A stretch of DNA of 64,000 bases from Vulcanimicrobiota bacterium (GTDB lineage: Bacteria; Vulcanimicrobiota; Vulcanimicrobiia; Vulcanimicrobiales; Vulcanimicrobiaceae): positions 56,302 through 120,301 of the forward strand of contig CAWJSM010000001.1 of NCBI GenBank assembly GCA_963845455.1, read 5' to 3'. Numbering within the stretch: the stretch's first letter is position 1; each line of letters opens with the position of its first letter. The notes under the pieces were generated by a model. It had not been told where the DNA came from. It made no database searches and saw nothing but the letters and a program-made list of their open reading frames with translations. A program made the translations under genes and the position numbers. Positions 39,101 to 47,808 of this stretch are shown piece after piece.

Positions 39101-39849
39101 TCTTCGGCGCGCTTGCGGGCGGTGACGTCGACGATCGAGGCGAGCACGTACTCACCGCGCGACGTCTTCAAGGGGCTGAGGCCGACCTCAATCGATACTT
39201 CGCGGCCGTCTTTGTGCAGGCCCCAGAATTCGCGGCGGGCGGTGCCGGGTTGCCCGAGCTGGTGGCCGTGTTCTGCGCGGTGGGCTTCGCGGAAACGCTC
39301 GGGAATCAACATTTCGATCGAGTTCTTCAAAAGCTCCGGGCGCAGGTAGCCGAACATCATCTCGAAGCGATTGTTCACGAGCGTGATGCGCCCGCCGGCG
39401 TCGGTTACGAGCATCGCGTCAGCCGAACCGTCGAGGACCAAACGCATCTGCTCTTCGCTGTGCGTGCGCTCTTCGGCGAGCAAGCGTTCCGAGATGTCGA
39501 CGATCGCCGCCAGAATGTAGGTTCCGCGGCGCGTTTGCACGGGGTTCAGGCCGATCTCAACCGGCACTTCGCTGCCGTCTTTGCGCAAGCCGAAGAGTTC
39601 GTGACGGGGATCCATCGGCCGGCCGGTCGGGGCCGCGAGGTACTCCGCGCGCAGGCCCGCATAGACGGCATGGAAGCGTTCCGGTACGAGCACCTTCGAA
39701 TCGCAGCCGATCATTTCATCGGCGTCATAACCGAAGACGGCTTTCGCATGCGTGTTCGCGAGCACGATCGTGCCGCGGCTGTCCCCGACCACGATGGCGA
39801 TCGGCGTCGCCTCGAGCACAACCCGGAGTTGTTCCTCTTCGTCGTCCAT
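36103..39849 (-). CDS. PAS-PAS-(GAF-like x3)-GGDEF(degenerate)-EAL c-di-GMP signalling protein
   Basis: Intact 1248 aa. Two PAS modules (aa ~5-245), three ~175-aa repeats (aa ~283-810), GGDEF-domain start HDVLTGLLSR but active-site motif RIEGDVF (37165-37185). EAL signatures EALIRW, DDFGTGYSS, EGVE and KIDRSF are all present. Confidence 0.9.
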   Translation of the reverse strand: MDDEEEQLRVVLEATPIAIVVGDSRGTIVLANTHAKAVFGYDADEMIGCDSKVLVPERFHAVYAGLRAEYLAAPTGRPMDPRHELFGLRKDGSEVPVEIGLNPVQTRRGTYILAAIVDISERLLAEERTHSEEQMRLVLDGSADAMLVTDAGGRITLVNNRFEMMFGYLRPELLKNSIEMLIPERFREAHRAEHGHQLGQPGTARREFWGLHKDGREVSIEVGLSPLKTSRGEYVLASIVDVTARKRAEEIRLADAAHAGEISALNAEKAIVESSLAGSERRVRRQSDRLASMWRIVNTPSLHGAELVEAMLREASTVIRPGQVYAGMLGHIDGSDFVLDAVAGQAGGTDAGAIERIFRNGQRVDVNETLLARNADAGRTQSWDDCQALPDLPARAREAGLRSQIATHFVANKTPFVLCLASMEPPSVVPFGPPDYEYIEVLASFFARHLEQERLEASLRTAEGRARQHAERLAALWQVANNPLLRGQDLLFSMLRQGAAALRSAQRFQGLLGRIEGDEVVVIGIGAEPGTEGAIANVHIGRRTPLDETLVPRASGTRAWDDLSTLGTVPPALAFLGWRSAITAQFTAGASQYWLIFGSSEPTATSFDEEDHAYLDVLASSFANQLQVTTLEGSLHAEVERSRRHIERLDALQSIINNPDLRHEELLQAMLGQAAAAIRPDQNFRGVLWFIEGSELTIKAVASSRPILDGFPPVGNSIPIAQTMIGPVIEAGRGTQSWNHINAGERSRLATRHGTQSLIVTTFRAGTTSWGLSFASSEATPEPIGSEDYAYIEVLASFFANHLQQRWQFERLEYQQAHDVLTGLLSRSQFRSQARAAAAHCRRFAIILVNIDAFREVNESRGHMIGDAVLVEVGNALRKRAIGDEIVGRIEGDVFGIYVPEPDSVNAVHNRALDYADVFATAFSTGDRAGTDLIARTGSLGIAVAPEDGTLIDAVLLRAGTALANAKTRGHGSVVFYEAGMEGDATRRSALLNEIAEALAKDQFVLYYQPHVEISTGRVTGCEALIRWDHPTRGLLLPSHFIPFAEANGAIANIDAWVMRNALAGANELAALRPGFRVFFNLSGRQAGNSKIIREFTTAARNGVSLANIGVEITESDAMRDVEATRHVCRALRRLNIRIAIDDFGTGYSSLSFLKRLPVDVVKIDRSFISGILSDPHDATIAETIIAITKNFGFDSLAEGVEDFAEADWLKKRACRYMQGFAICRPLALEAFKDWLAARAKREAPLAG

Positions 39850-39854
39850 TGCGG

Positions 39855-41281
39855 CTAGACCAAGACCGGCGCGCTGCGGCGGGCAAGCTCGACGCTGTTC
39901 GTTGCTGATTCAGGCTGCGCAAATGCGGCGCGCGTGATCGCCACGAGGCCGATTGCGAGCCCCGCGATGACCGGAATGCGCAACCATTGCAGCAAGAGCG
40001 ACGGGCGCGCGAGCACTTCGCGCGAGAAGTCGCCCCAGCTGTTTTCGGCCAGCGCGCCGGGCGGGTAGGAATGCGCGACGAACGGCGTGTCCGGCGGACC
40101 GAATCCGGCCAGCGCCAGCGCCAAAACGGAAACGGCGATCAGCGCAGCGATCGCGGTGAGGACGAGTCCGCGCCGCGCACCCATCGTCGCGCGCGCGAAC
40201 GCGCCGACCAGGAACGGCGTGAAGCCGGTCATCACCGAGGCGCTGATCACGTTCCAGGGAATCATCACGAGCGTCACCGCGGTCGCCGTCAGGTTTCGTT
40301 GCCGCGGATACCGCGCGTAGATGAAGAGCAGCGCCGGAATGGCAATCGCGAGCTGTTGAAAGTGGACGTGGACGCCGCCGAACACGGCAAAAGCCGGCGG
40401 CAGCAAGACGAGGGTCGCGGCGTCGCCGGTCGCGCGCCACATCCGGACCGCGACGCTCACGCCTAAAGCCACCATTGCGGCGTACATCAATTCACCCCAG
40501 CGGACGGCCGACGACGGGTCGACGTTAAGCGACGTCAAGACCGAGGTCAAGCTGAATTGCCATTCGTAGGCGTTCGCGAGCGCGTGCGCCGGGATGACGT
40601 CGAACACGTATGCGACGCTCGTTTGAAATCCGACCGCGAGCACGCCGATGAACCACATCAGCAGGCCGCAGACGAGGATCGGCAGACGCGCCGGCTGCAC
40701 CGCGATGAGCAAGGCCAGCAGGACGGGCAGCGCGAGATGCGGTTCCGCAAGTGCGAACATCGCGCACGCGGACGCCGCGATCCAGCGGCCTTGGCGCGCC
40801 CAGACGGCACACGCCGCGAGCGCGAGAAAAACGAACGGCACGGGTTGGCCGAGGAAGTACGTTTGCAAGGCCGTGATCGCGGCGAAGGCGAGGTTGAGCC
40901 AGACGCTCGAGACACCGGTCGCGCGCGCGAACAGCACGACCGCCCCGCTCATGGCGGCAATCAAGAGCACGCCATACACGCTCGCGGCGATGGGGAACGG
41001 CAGCAGCGCGAGGGGCACGAAGAGCAACAGCGTCGCCGGCGGCAACGGCGCGGGCAACGTGACGGATGCGAGCGTGTTCAGCGGAACCGGCGGCCGCGCG
41101 CGCTGCTCGCAGGCGTGCTGCGGCTCCTCGAGGTAGGGATTCGCACCGTGCGCGATGCCGGCGCCCGCGCAATAAAAGGCGCGAAAATCACCCATCAGGT
41201 TGGCCGGGCCGGTTCGGCAATCATCGCCGCGAGCATCGCCGGCGCTAGTAACCAGGCGCCGATCTCCGTCAGTTTGCGCAC
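39855..41281 (-). pseudogene. polytopic membrane protein, DUF2029/GT87-like (GT-C fold) glycosyltransferase candidate (one frame change at the 5' end)
   Basis: The 446-aa ORF 39855-41195 starts MGDFRAFYCAGAGIAHGANPY.. (Asp-containing first loop typical of DUF2029 as I recall it), followed by about 10 hydrophobic helices. A first TM (VRKLTEIGAWLLAPAMLAAMIAEPARP, GTG 41281) lies one frame off. Shift near 41200. Confidence 0.5.
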
Positions 41282-41282
41282 G

Positions 41283-41709
41283 TTATTGCGAGATGACCAT
41301 TTGCGAGCGGCTCGTCATGGGAATCGTCAGCAGCGAGACGAGCGGCGTGAGAAAATGAAACGAGTACGCGACGGAAACCGAAACGAGACAGCCGGGTGAG
41401 TTGTACGGGGCGATCGTCTCGTTGCAACCCGTGTTGCCGCCGGCGACACGTCGTCGTCACGGTCAATTTGACTGGCCGTAATCCCCCGCGACTGTCCCGT
41501 CACGTAGGTCTGGAGCGGATCCGGGCTTCCGCCCGCGCAGGATGCGATGCCGTTGACGATCGCATAGCGGCTCGCGAGGCGGGCACCGTTCGAGACGAGA
41601 TGGTAGGTATAGAGCGCGCGGCCAAGTCGATGATGCCGAGCAAGAGCATCAACGCCGCTAAACTCGCAACGGCGAACTCGGCCAGAACCTGGCCGCGCGA
41701 AGCGCTCAT
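41283..41709 (-). pseudogene. tadE: TadE/TadF-like pseudopilin 2 (at least two frame changes)
   Basis: ATG 41709: MSASRGQVLAEFAVASLAALMLLLGIIDL (TadE N-terminal motif). ..ALYTYHLVSNGARLASRYAIVNG.. and the tail ..CLVSVSVAYSFHFLTPLVSLLTIPMTSRSQMVISQ-stop are in other frames. Confidence 0.65.
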
Positions 41710-42157
41710 TGCACCACCCGCATCGTCGCTGCCGTTTGGATCGTGACCGAGCGCAAGCCGGCCGGCAGACGGCGCGTAGTTGAGCAGCGACGCTTCCGTT
41801 CCGGTGACGACCACCTTGACGTAGAAATTTTGGTGGTTGGTCGTGCAGGCGCCCACGAGGCCGCACGTCGAGGCCGTCAGATCTTCGCATTGGCAAAAGC
41901 TCGATGCGACGGCGCTCACGCCGGCCATGTTCGCATCGCTGGTCGCTGCCGTTTGCATCCCGGTGATATCCGCGGCCGTGGTGTGATTTTGCGCACCGTA
42001 CGCGATACCGGCGCGCGCGGCGCCCGCGACGGTGAGCGCGAGGTTGCCGGCCCGGCCGGCCTCGACCGACGCCGAGCAGCACGAGCAGCAGCAAGGGTGC
42101 GAGGATCACGAGTTCGGCCAGCGCCGCACCGGCAATGCGGCCTGCGTGCGTCGTCAT
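41706..42157 (-). pseudogene. tadE: TadE-like pseudopilin 1 (at least two frame changes)
   Basis: ATG 42157: MTTHAGRIAGAALAELVILAPLLLLVLLGV.., middle ..GMQTAATSDANMAGVSAVASSFCQCEDL.., tail ..LRSVTIQTAATMRVVQ-stop. ATGA junctions at both ends. Confidence 0.7.
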
Positions 42158-43349
42158 TGCACCAACGTTGCGTGCGCGAGTCCGGCGAATTGATTCGCCG
42201 CCGGCGGGACCGTGAGCGTACCGCCGAACACGTTCAAAACGTTGGCCACGAGCAGCGACCACGTGTTTTGCGCGCCGTCATTTTGCACCGTTGCCGTTGG
42301 GAAGTAGAGCATGACCGAGAGATCGACGTCACGGCACTGCGCTCATCGAAGATGGCGGTGTTGGCCGGATTCTGGTAGAGCACGATGCCGGCGTGTTGCC
42401 GGTAAGCGGTGCGCTGAGCGTGATGCTCGGCGATTGAATGGTGAGCGAGCCGCCGCCGGTGCCGTTGTAAAACGTTACGCCGGCGCCGGACACGGTGGCG
42501 CCGTAGACGTTCATTCCGTTATCGAATTCGTAGACGCCGGGCGCGAAGGTCAGCGTCGTTGCGCCCGAGACGGAGAGCTGCGTGCAGTACCGGCCCGGCT
42601 GGATCGTCACCGTCGGGCTGTACGCGGGCGTGGCGTTCAAGCAGGCCCGGAGTTCGGCGGGTTCGCCTTCAGGTACGCGCAACCCGCGATCGTCGGGCAC
42701 GGATCGGCGTTTGCGTGCGATCAGCGTCGGTTGCGCTTGCGGATAGCTTTGGCCGTTGTAGGCGTACGGGCCGATGACGTAGCCGATGAGGGCGGCCGTG
42801 ACCGTCGATCCCGGTACGACGAAACCGCCGTTGGACGAGAAGCCGCACGTCGTCGCGGTCATGTGCGTCGCACCGTTGGCTTGGATCGCCATCGCACCGC
42901 CGCTCAACGCGTACACGCACGTTTGGGGGGAGGACAGTTGTGCAACGGCGGTCGCGCTGATCCATTGCGGTGCAAGGCCGAATGCTGCGCCGAAGAATCG
43001 CGGACACCTTTTGGCTCACGGTCACTTGAACGGCCAAGACGTTGCCGATATAGCTACCGGTTAGCGGCGGGCTGCTCGCGGTGACGCCGACGGTCACGCC
43101 GCCGTTATCGGTAAAGCCGTTGGCCGCGGCGTCGTTTTTTGCCGCGGTGTTCCAATCGGCGAGAGCCGGATACTTGAGTTCGTCCGCGCCGGCGATTGCG
43201 GCCGCGTCGGCGGCCGTTTGCGCGAGGCGCTGCTGATATCGCCAGTAACCGACGTCGACCGCCATCGCCGCCATGCCGATCAGCACGACGAGCATCAGCG
43301 CGAAGACCGGCAGCAGCTGACCGCGCGCGGAGCCGCGTCCCGGCGTCAA
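42154..43349 (-). pseudogene. tadG: TadG-like pilus-assembly protein (at least three frame changes)
   Basis: TTG 43349 overlaps the secretin stop (TTGA). ..RGQLLPVFALMLVVLIGMAAMAVDVGYWRYQQRLAQTAADAAAIAGA.. (Tad/TadG N-terminal signature). The remainder is pieced from ORF 42329-42916 and the tail ..NQFAGLAHATLVQ-stop. Confidence 0.65.
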
Positions 43350-44792
43350 CGCGTTAGAATGGTCGGCGTCATGACGAACACGACGTCGGTCTTCGCGGTC
43401 TGATAATTGGTCGAGCGGAAAAGCGGGCCGAGGATCGGGAGATCGCCGAGAATCGGGATCTTCGTTGATCGTGCGCTGCTCGACGCGGCTCAACAGGCCG
43501 CCCATCACGATCGACTCGCCGTCTCTGGTGATCACGTCGGTCGAGAGTTTACTCGTCTTGAGGGCCGGGACCACGAAACCGTTGAGCGTGACGCCGTCGG
43601 AGAAATCGAGATCGGAGACTTCCGGCGCGATCAGCGTTTCGATATCGCCGTTGCCGAGGATCGTCGGCGTGATCTCGAGTTTGACGCCGTATTCTTTGTA
43701 ATCGATCGCGATCTGCTGCGGTCCGGTCGAGACCGGAATCGGAATTTGACCGCCGACGAGAAAATCGGCCTTGTGGCCCGGCAGCGTGACCAAGTCGGGC
43801 GCTGAGAGGATCTTCGCGTGGCCGCTCGTGATGACCAAATTCAAGGTCGGCGCGAGCGTCGTGGTGCGGAAGAAGGCCCAGGGTGAGGGCTTTGCCGATC
43901 GCACCGGCCGCTTCAACGATGGGAAAGATCGCGGCTCCGAGCGAGAACGTCGGCGCCGCGCCGGCCGCGGTGGGCTGATAGGTTGCGGCTTGCAGATCGA
44001 TGCCGAGATTCTTGAGCCCGGTGTCGTCGATTTCGAGAATGTAGACCTTCACGTCGATCTGGCTGGCCGATGCGGTTTGGAGCCGGTCGATCACCTTGCC
44101 GTCGAGCGAGCAAGATCGCCACCGAGTGCCTTGACGTTCGCAAGCACCATTTCTTCGGTCGTGCGATCGGGGACGTTTCCGCTGACGATGATATTACCGG
44201 TTGCGTCGCTCGCGACCGTGACGTTCGCCGTCGCGGCTTCCCGGCCAGCAGGTTCTGCAATCTCCCCATCGGACGGACCAGCGTTACCGCGTCGACGACC
44301 GTATACTTCGCCGCTGCGGCGAGCGGGCTGAAGCGGGCAGCGACCTCGGCGATCCGCGCAGATCGTCGCTGTCGGTTACGGTGCCGTTGAGGACGATCGA
44401 GGTTGCGAACGCCTCCACCCGCACGCCGGGAATCGCGATCGCCGAGGCGACCATGCGGCGCAGATTCTCGAGGCCTTGATCGGTCACCGTCGATCACGTA
44501 GTCGCGTCGACCCGTGCTCGGTCCACACGAACGAGCGTCGTGTTGCCGGCCGTCTTGCCGTTGACCACGATTTCGCTCGAACCGATCGGAACGATGCCGG
44601 CGATGCTGCCGTCACCGACCGCGACGCGGGTGAGACTCGGCGTCTGCATGACGATCGATTGACCCGTTCGCACCGTTAGGGTCGCAATCGGAGTTCGCAA
44701 CAGACGCTCAGCGGAGCTACTGCAATGGAGATCGCTGCGATAGCGACGCCGAGGGCCGCACGAAAAAGTGATGCAAAGGACTTCCTCTCTAT
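43346..44792 (-). pseudogene. cpaC: CpaC/RcpA-type secretin (at least four frame changes; start codon not resolved)
   Basis: Signal-like ..SLFRAALGVAIAAISIAVAPLSV. N-domain ..LTVRTGQSIVMQTPSLTRVAVGDGSIAGIVPIGSSEIVVNGKTAGNTTL... Secretin core ..[64 protein letters not shown]-stop. Confidence 0.8.
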
Positions 44793-45395
44793 GAGAAAGT
44801 GCCTACTGCGGCCAACGGCTTATGCCCACCGCTGGTAGTGCACGGCGTAGACGGACCGTGGACGCAGTGTCAATTTTGCCGGCGCGAGAGCCGTCGATGC
44901 GGCCGGCGCGGGTAGGATTGAGACCAACGATGCGATTCCTCAGCACCGGATCTATGCCATCTCAGTCGTCGCTACTTGCTCGCCGCTCATACCCACCGGG
45001 CGGGCATGAGCGGCGGCTGAAATGCCGGCGCTCGGAATACCGGTTCAACGTCACGGTATCGCGGTCATCGTGAAAGCGTTCGCTTCAGGGTAACGGTTGC
45101 CGGCGCGCCTCCACTCCAGGCCGTCCTCTACGCGGGGTTCGCGCCGGACCTACCCACGGTGCTCTTGACGCCGGCGGCCGCTCCCGACCGATGCCGGCGG
45201 CAACTTCAATGCGACCGTCATCCGATCGCCCCGGCCTCTTTCAGCGGCGCGATCATCACGGTGTTCGTGCAAACCTTAGCGGCCGCTGAACCCTCGGCCG
45301 CGGCAGCATCAACCATTGCTGATCCCGCTCGGCGTCACGGGCGACCCGGATCCCTAACCCCGCCGCACTTTCGAGCGTAAGGAGATCCATTCATC
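44793..45395. promoter_or_regulatory. long divergent control region between the cpaC operon and the flp operon
   Basis: About 600 bp with no convincing coding frame on either strand. TTGACG at about 45174. SD AAGGAGA (45379-45385) 10 nt before the flp ATG. Confidence 0.4.
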
Positions 45396-45559
45396 ATGAC
45401 GACCACCATCCGCAACTATTTTCGTCTGACGAACAAGGCCAAGGACTGGCCGAATACGGTTTGATTCTCGGCCTCATCGCGGTCGTTTGCGTCGTTGCCG
45501 TCGTCGCGCTGCAAGTCCAGATCACCGCGATCTTGACCAAGGTAGCCAATGCCCTGTGA
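45396..45559 (+). pseudogene. flp: Flp-family pilin 1 (one frame change)
   Basis: MTTTIRNYFRL.. then, one frame off, DEQGQGLAEYGLILGLIAVVCVVAVVALQVQITAILTKVANAL-stop. Flp processing motif G/LAEYGLIL. Length 164 nt, one base short of a multiple of three. Not in the supplied ORF track. Confidence 0.7.
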
Positions 45560-45713
45560 ATCTCGAGCACGGTCTTGCGCCGATGAATCCGGCCAAGGCC
45601 TTGGAGAGTACGGGCTCATCCTCGCACTCATCGCGGCAGTTTGTGCTGCGGTCGTCGTCATCATCGGCGTAAACATCGGGCGGACGCTCACGCACGTCGG
45701 CACCAGTATCTAA
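45549..45713 (+). CDS. flp: Flp-family pilin 2
   Basis: 54 codons, below the ORF-track cutoff: MPCESRARSCADESGQGLGEYGLILALIAAVCAAVVVIIGVNIGRTLTHVGTSI. Motif G/LGEYGLIL. The ATG overlaps the end of flp1. Confidence 0.75.
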   Translation: MPCESRARSCADESGQGLGEYGLILALIAAVCAAVVVIIGVNIGRTLTHVGTSI

Positions 45714-45724
45714 CGGCCGGCACA

Positions 45725-46215
45725 ACGTGTCTGCTCGCCCTGATCGTCCTCGTCGCGGGCACGTTGACCGCGGCCGTCGATCGATGTCCGCCGCCGCAAG
45801 ATTCCGAACCCCCTGACGGCGGCTATGGCGCTTGCCGCCATCGCCGTGCACGCGGCCGGCGGTGTGGCCGCGTTCGATGCTGGCGCTTGCGGTCATGCTG
45901 GCGGCGTTCGCCCTCGGGGCGCGTCGCATTTTCAGCGGCTGGTTCGGCGGCGGCGACGTGAAGCTCGATCGCGGCCGCGTGCGGGCTCGTCAGTTATCCG
46001 GGCTGCATGCTGGCTCGTCGTTTCGAGTCTCATCTGCGGGCGCGGTCCTTGCCGTCGTCCAAGCTGCCGCGCAAGGCCGTCTCGTGACGTCGTTCGCAAC
46101 GCTGCGACGCTTGGCGCTCACCGGCGCGGCTCCGCCGGCGCCGACGCTGCTACCGTACGGCGTCGCGATCGCCGGCGGCAGCACCGCGTACGCGTCTCGA
46201 CGCTGCTTCCCCTGA
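45725..46215 (+). pseudogene. cpaA: A24-family prepilin peptidase, CpaA/TadV type, copy 1 (several frame changes; start approximate)
   Basis: ..LLALIVLVAGTLTAAVD(L)RRRKIPNPLTAAMALAAIAV.. (first Asp box) and ..FGGGDVKL.. (second Asp box), then ..LLPYGVAIAGGS.., scattered over three frames. Confidence 0.7.
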
Positions 46216-46225
46216 GGTTCGCCCT

Positions 46226-47082
46226 ATGAAAACCCGCCGCATCCCGCTTGATCATCGGTCTGGTCCTCGCACTCGGTACGGGCGTGCTGTTGCTGGGTTA
46301 TCTGACGTCGTTGCGGCCGAGCACGTCGCCGGGACAAACGAAGGGGGTGCTCGTTGCGACGCACGACATCCCGGCCCGCTCGGCGGTACGGTGCCGATCT
46401 CTTCACGGTCGAACAGCGTCTCGCGACGCAAGTCGACTCCGATGCCATCGGCGATCCGAAAGCACTCGCCGGCAATTTACACGCTCGTCGCAATTCCGGC
46501 CGGCAGCGTCGCCACGCGTTCGAAGATCGGCTTGGCTTCCGCCGCGACGCTCCCGGCGCGATTGCCGATCGGCATGCGCGCTGCGAGCATCGCGATCGAT
46601 AACGTCAAGGGCGTCGCCGGCCTCATCACGCCGGGTGACCGCGTCGACGTGATCGCGGTCCCGGCCGGCGGTCGCGGGCGAAACGCCGCGCGGTTCAGCG
46701 ATCGTGCGCGGTGCGATCGTCCTCGCGATGGGAACCGACGTTGCGACCACGACCGCCGCGGCTCCCGGACTGCTCGGCGGGCCGCCGCCCGCCTCACGAC
46801 GATCACGCTGGCGCTGACGCCGAACCAGGTCGACGTGCTCGCCGGCGCCGACATGAACAGCACGCTGCGTTGTCGCTGCGCAATCCGAAAGAGCCGATCG
46901 CCGAATCTTCCCTCCGAAGTGCTGAAGCTGGCGACGTGGCGGCCCGCCCGTCAACGTCCGTCGCCGCGCCGCGGTTGCGCCCGGCCCGCCGGCGCGGCCC
47001 CGGCGGCCGAATTCCGCGTCGCGCGGCGTCATGCTGATCGACGGCGACCAAGTCGACCGCCGGGGCTGCGGCACCGCAATGA
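46226..47082 (+). pseudogene. cpaB: CpaB/RcpC Flp pilus assembly protein (several frame changes)
   Basis: ATG 46226. TM ..LIIGLVLALGTGVLLLGYL... ..VLVATHDIPA.. ; ..AIPAGSVATRSKIG.. ; ..LPIGMRAASIAIDNVKGVAGLITPGDRVDVI.. ; ..ITLALTPNQVDVLAGADMNSTLRLSLRNP... The inferred stop overlaps the next ATG (ATGA 47079-47082). Confidence 0.7.
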
Positions 47083-47808
47083 GCCAGCGCGTTTTCGTCG
47101 TCGTCGGCGCGAAAGGCGGCGTCGGCGCGACGACGCTCGCCATCAAACTGGTTGCACAGTTTCCCGCGCTCGCCGAACGGATGATCGTCGACGCGTGATC
47201 TCGCGGCAAGCGAAGCGTCGCCGTCTGGTACGACCTCAGCGACGAACTCGATGTCAGCGCGCGTGATCGGTTCGGCGACCATCGCAACGGTGAAGGACGG
47301 AACGACGGTCCTGGAGTCGCGCGCACGTACGAAGACGGGCTCAATTCAAACGACGGGTTCGATCTCGCGTTCGATCGCGGGTCTGTCCGCCGACGCGCTC
47401 GTGGTGGTCGACGCGCCGCAGCCGTTGGCGGCGACCGTCCGGCCGTTCGTCGTGCGCGCCACGCAAGATCATCGTGGTCACCGAACCACGCGCATGGGCG
47501 TCGGCGTCGCCGGCTCGGTGCTCGCGTCCCTCGCCCGCGCCGGCATCCCGGGGTCCCGCATCGTGCTCGCGACCGTCGACATCAGTCGGCACCGGGGAGC
47601 TCACACGCGATCGGACGTGGAGCAGTCGCTCGGGCTGCCGGTGAGCGTCGAGCTCCCGCACGAGCGCGATCGCCGCTACGAGGGGTTCTTCGACGGCTTC
47701 GTCACGATGCTCACGCGGCGCCGCCAGCGCGATCGACGATCCGCAACCACTCCATCGGAAAAGCCGGTCTTCGAACGCCGGGCCGAACGCGGCAGGCCGT
47801 TCGGGTGA
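47079..47808 (+). pseudogene. cpaE: TadZ/CpaE-like ParA/MinD-fold protein, copy 1 (several frame changes)
   Basis: MSQRVFVVVGAKGGVGATTLAIKL.. (deviant Walker A without the second Lys), ..IVDADLAGKRSVAVWYDL.., ..ALVVVDAPQPLAATVRPFVVRAT... No receiver domain. GTGA junction with copy 2. Confidence 0.7.

Noticed and set aside
44793-45395. c-di-GMP riboswitch or a hidden gene in the long cpaC-flp spacer (ORFs 44822-45073, 45159-45380)
   Set aside because: I could not recognise GEMM-type conserved segments by eye, and the ORF translations are not protein-like. I kept only the observation that the spacer is unusually long.
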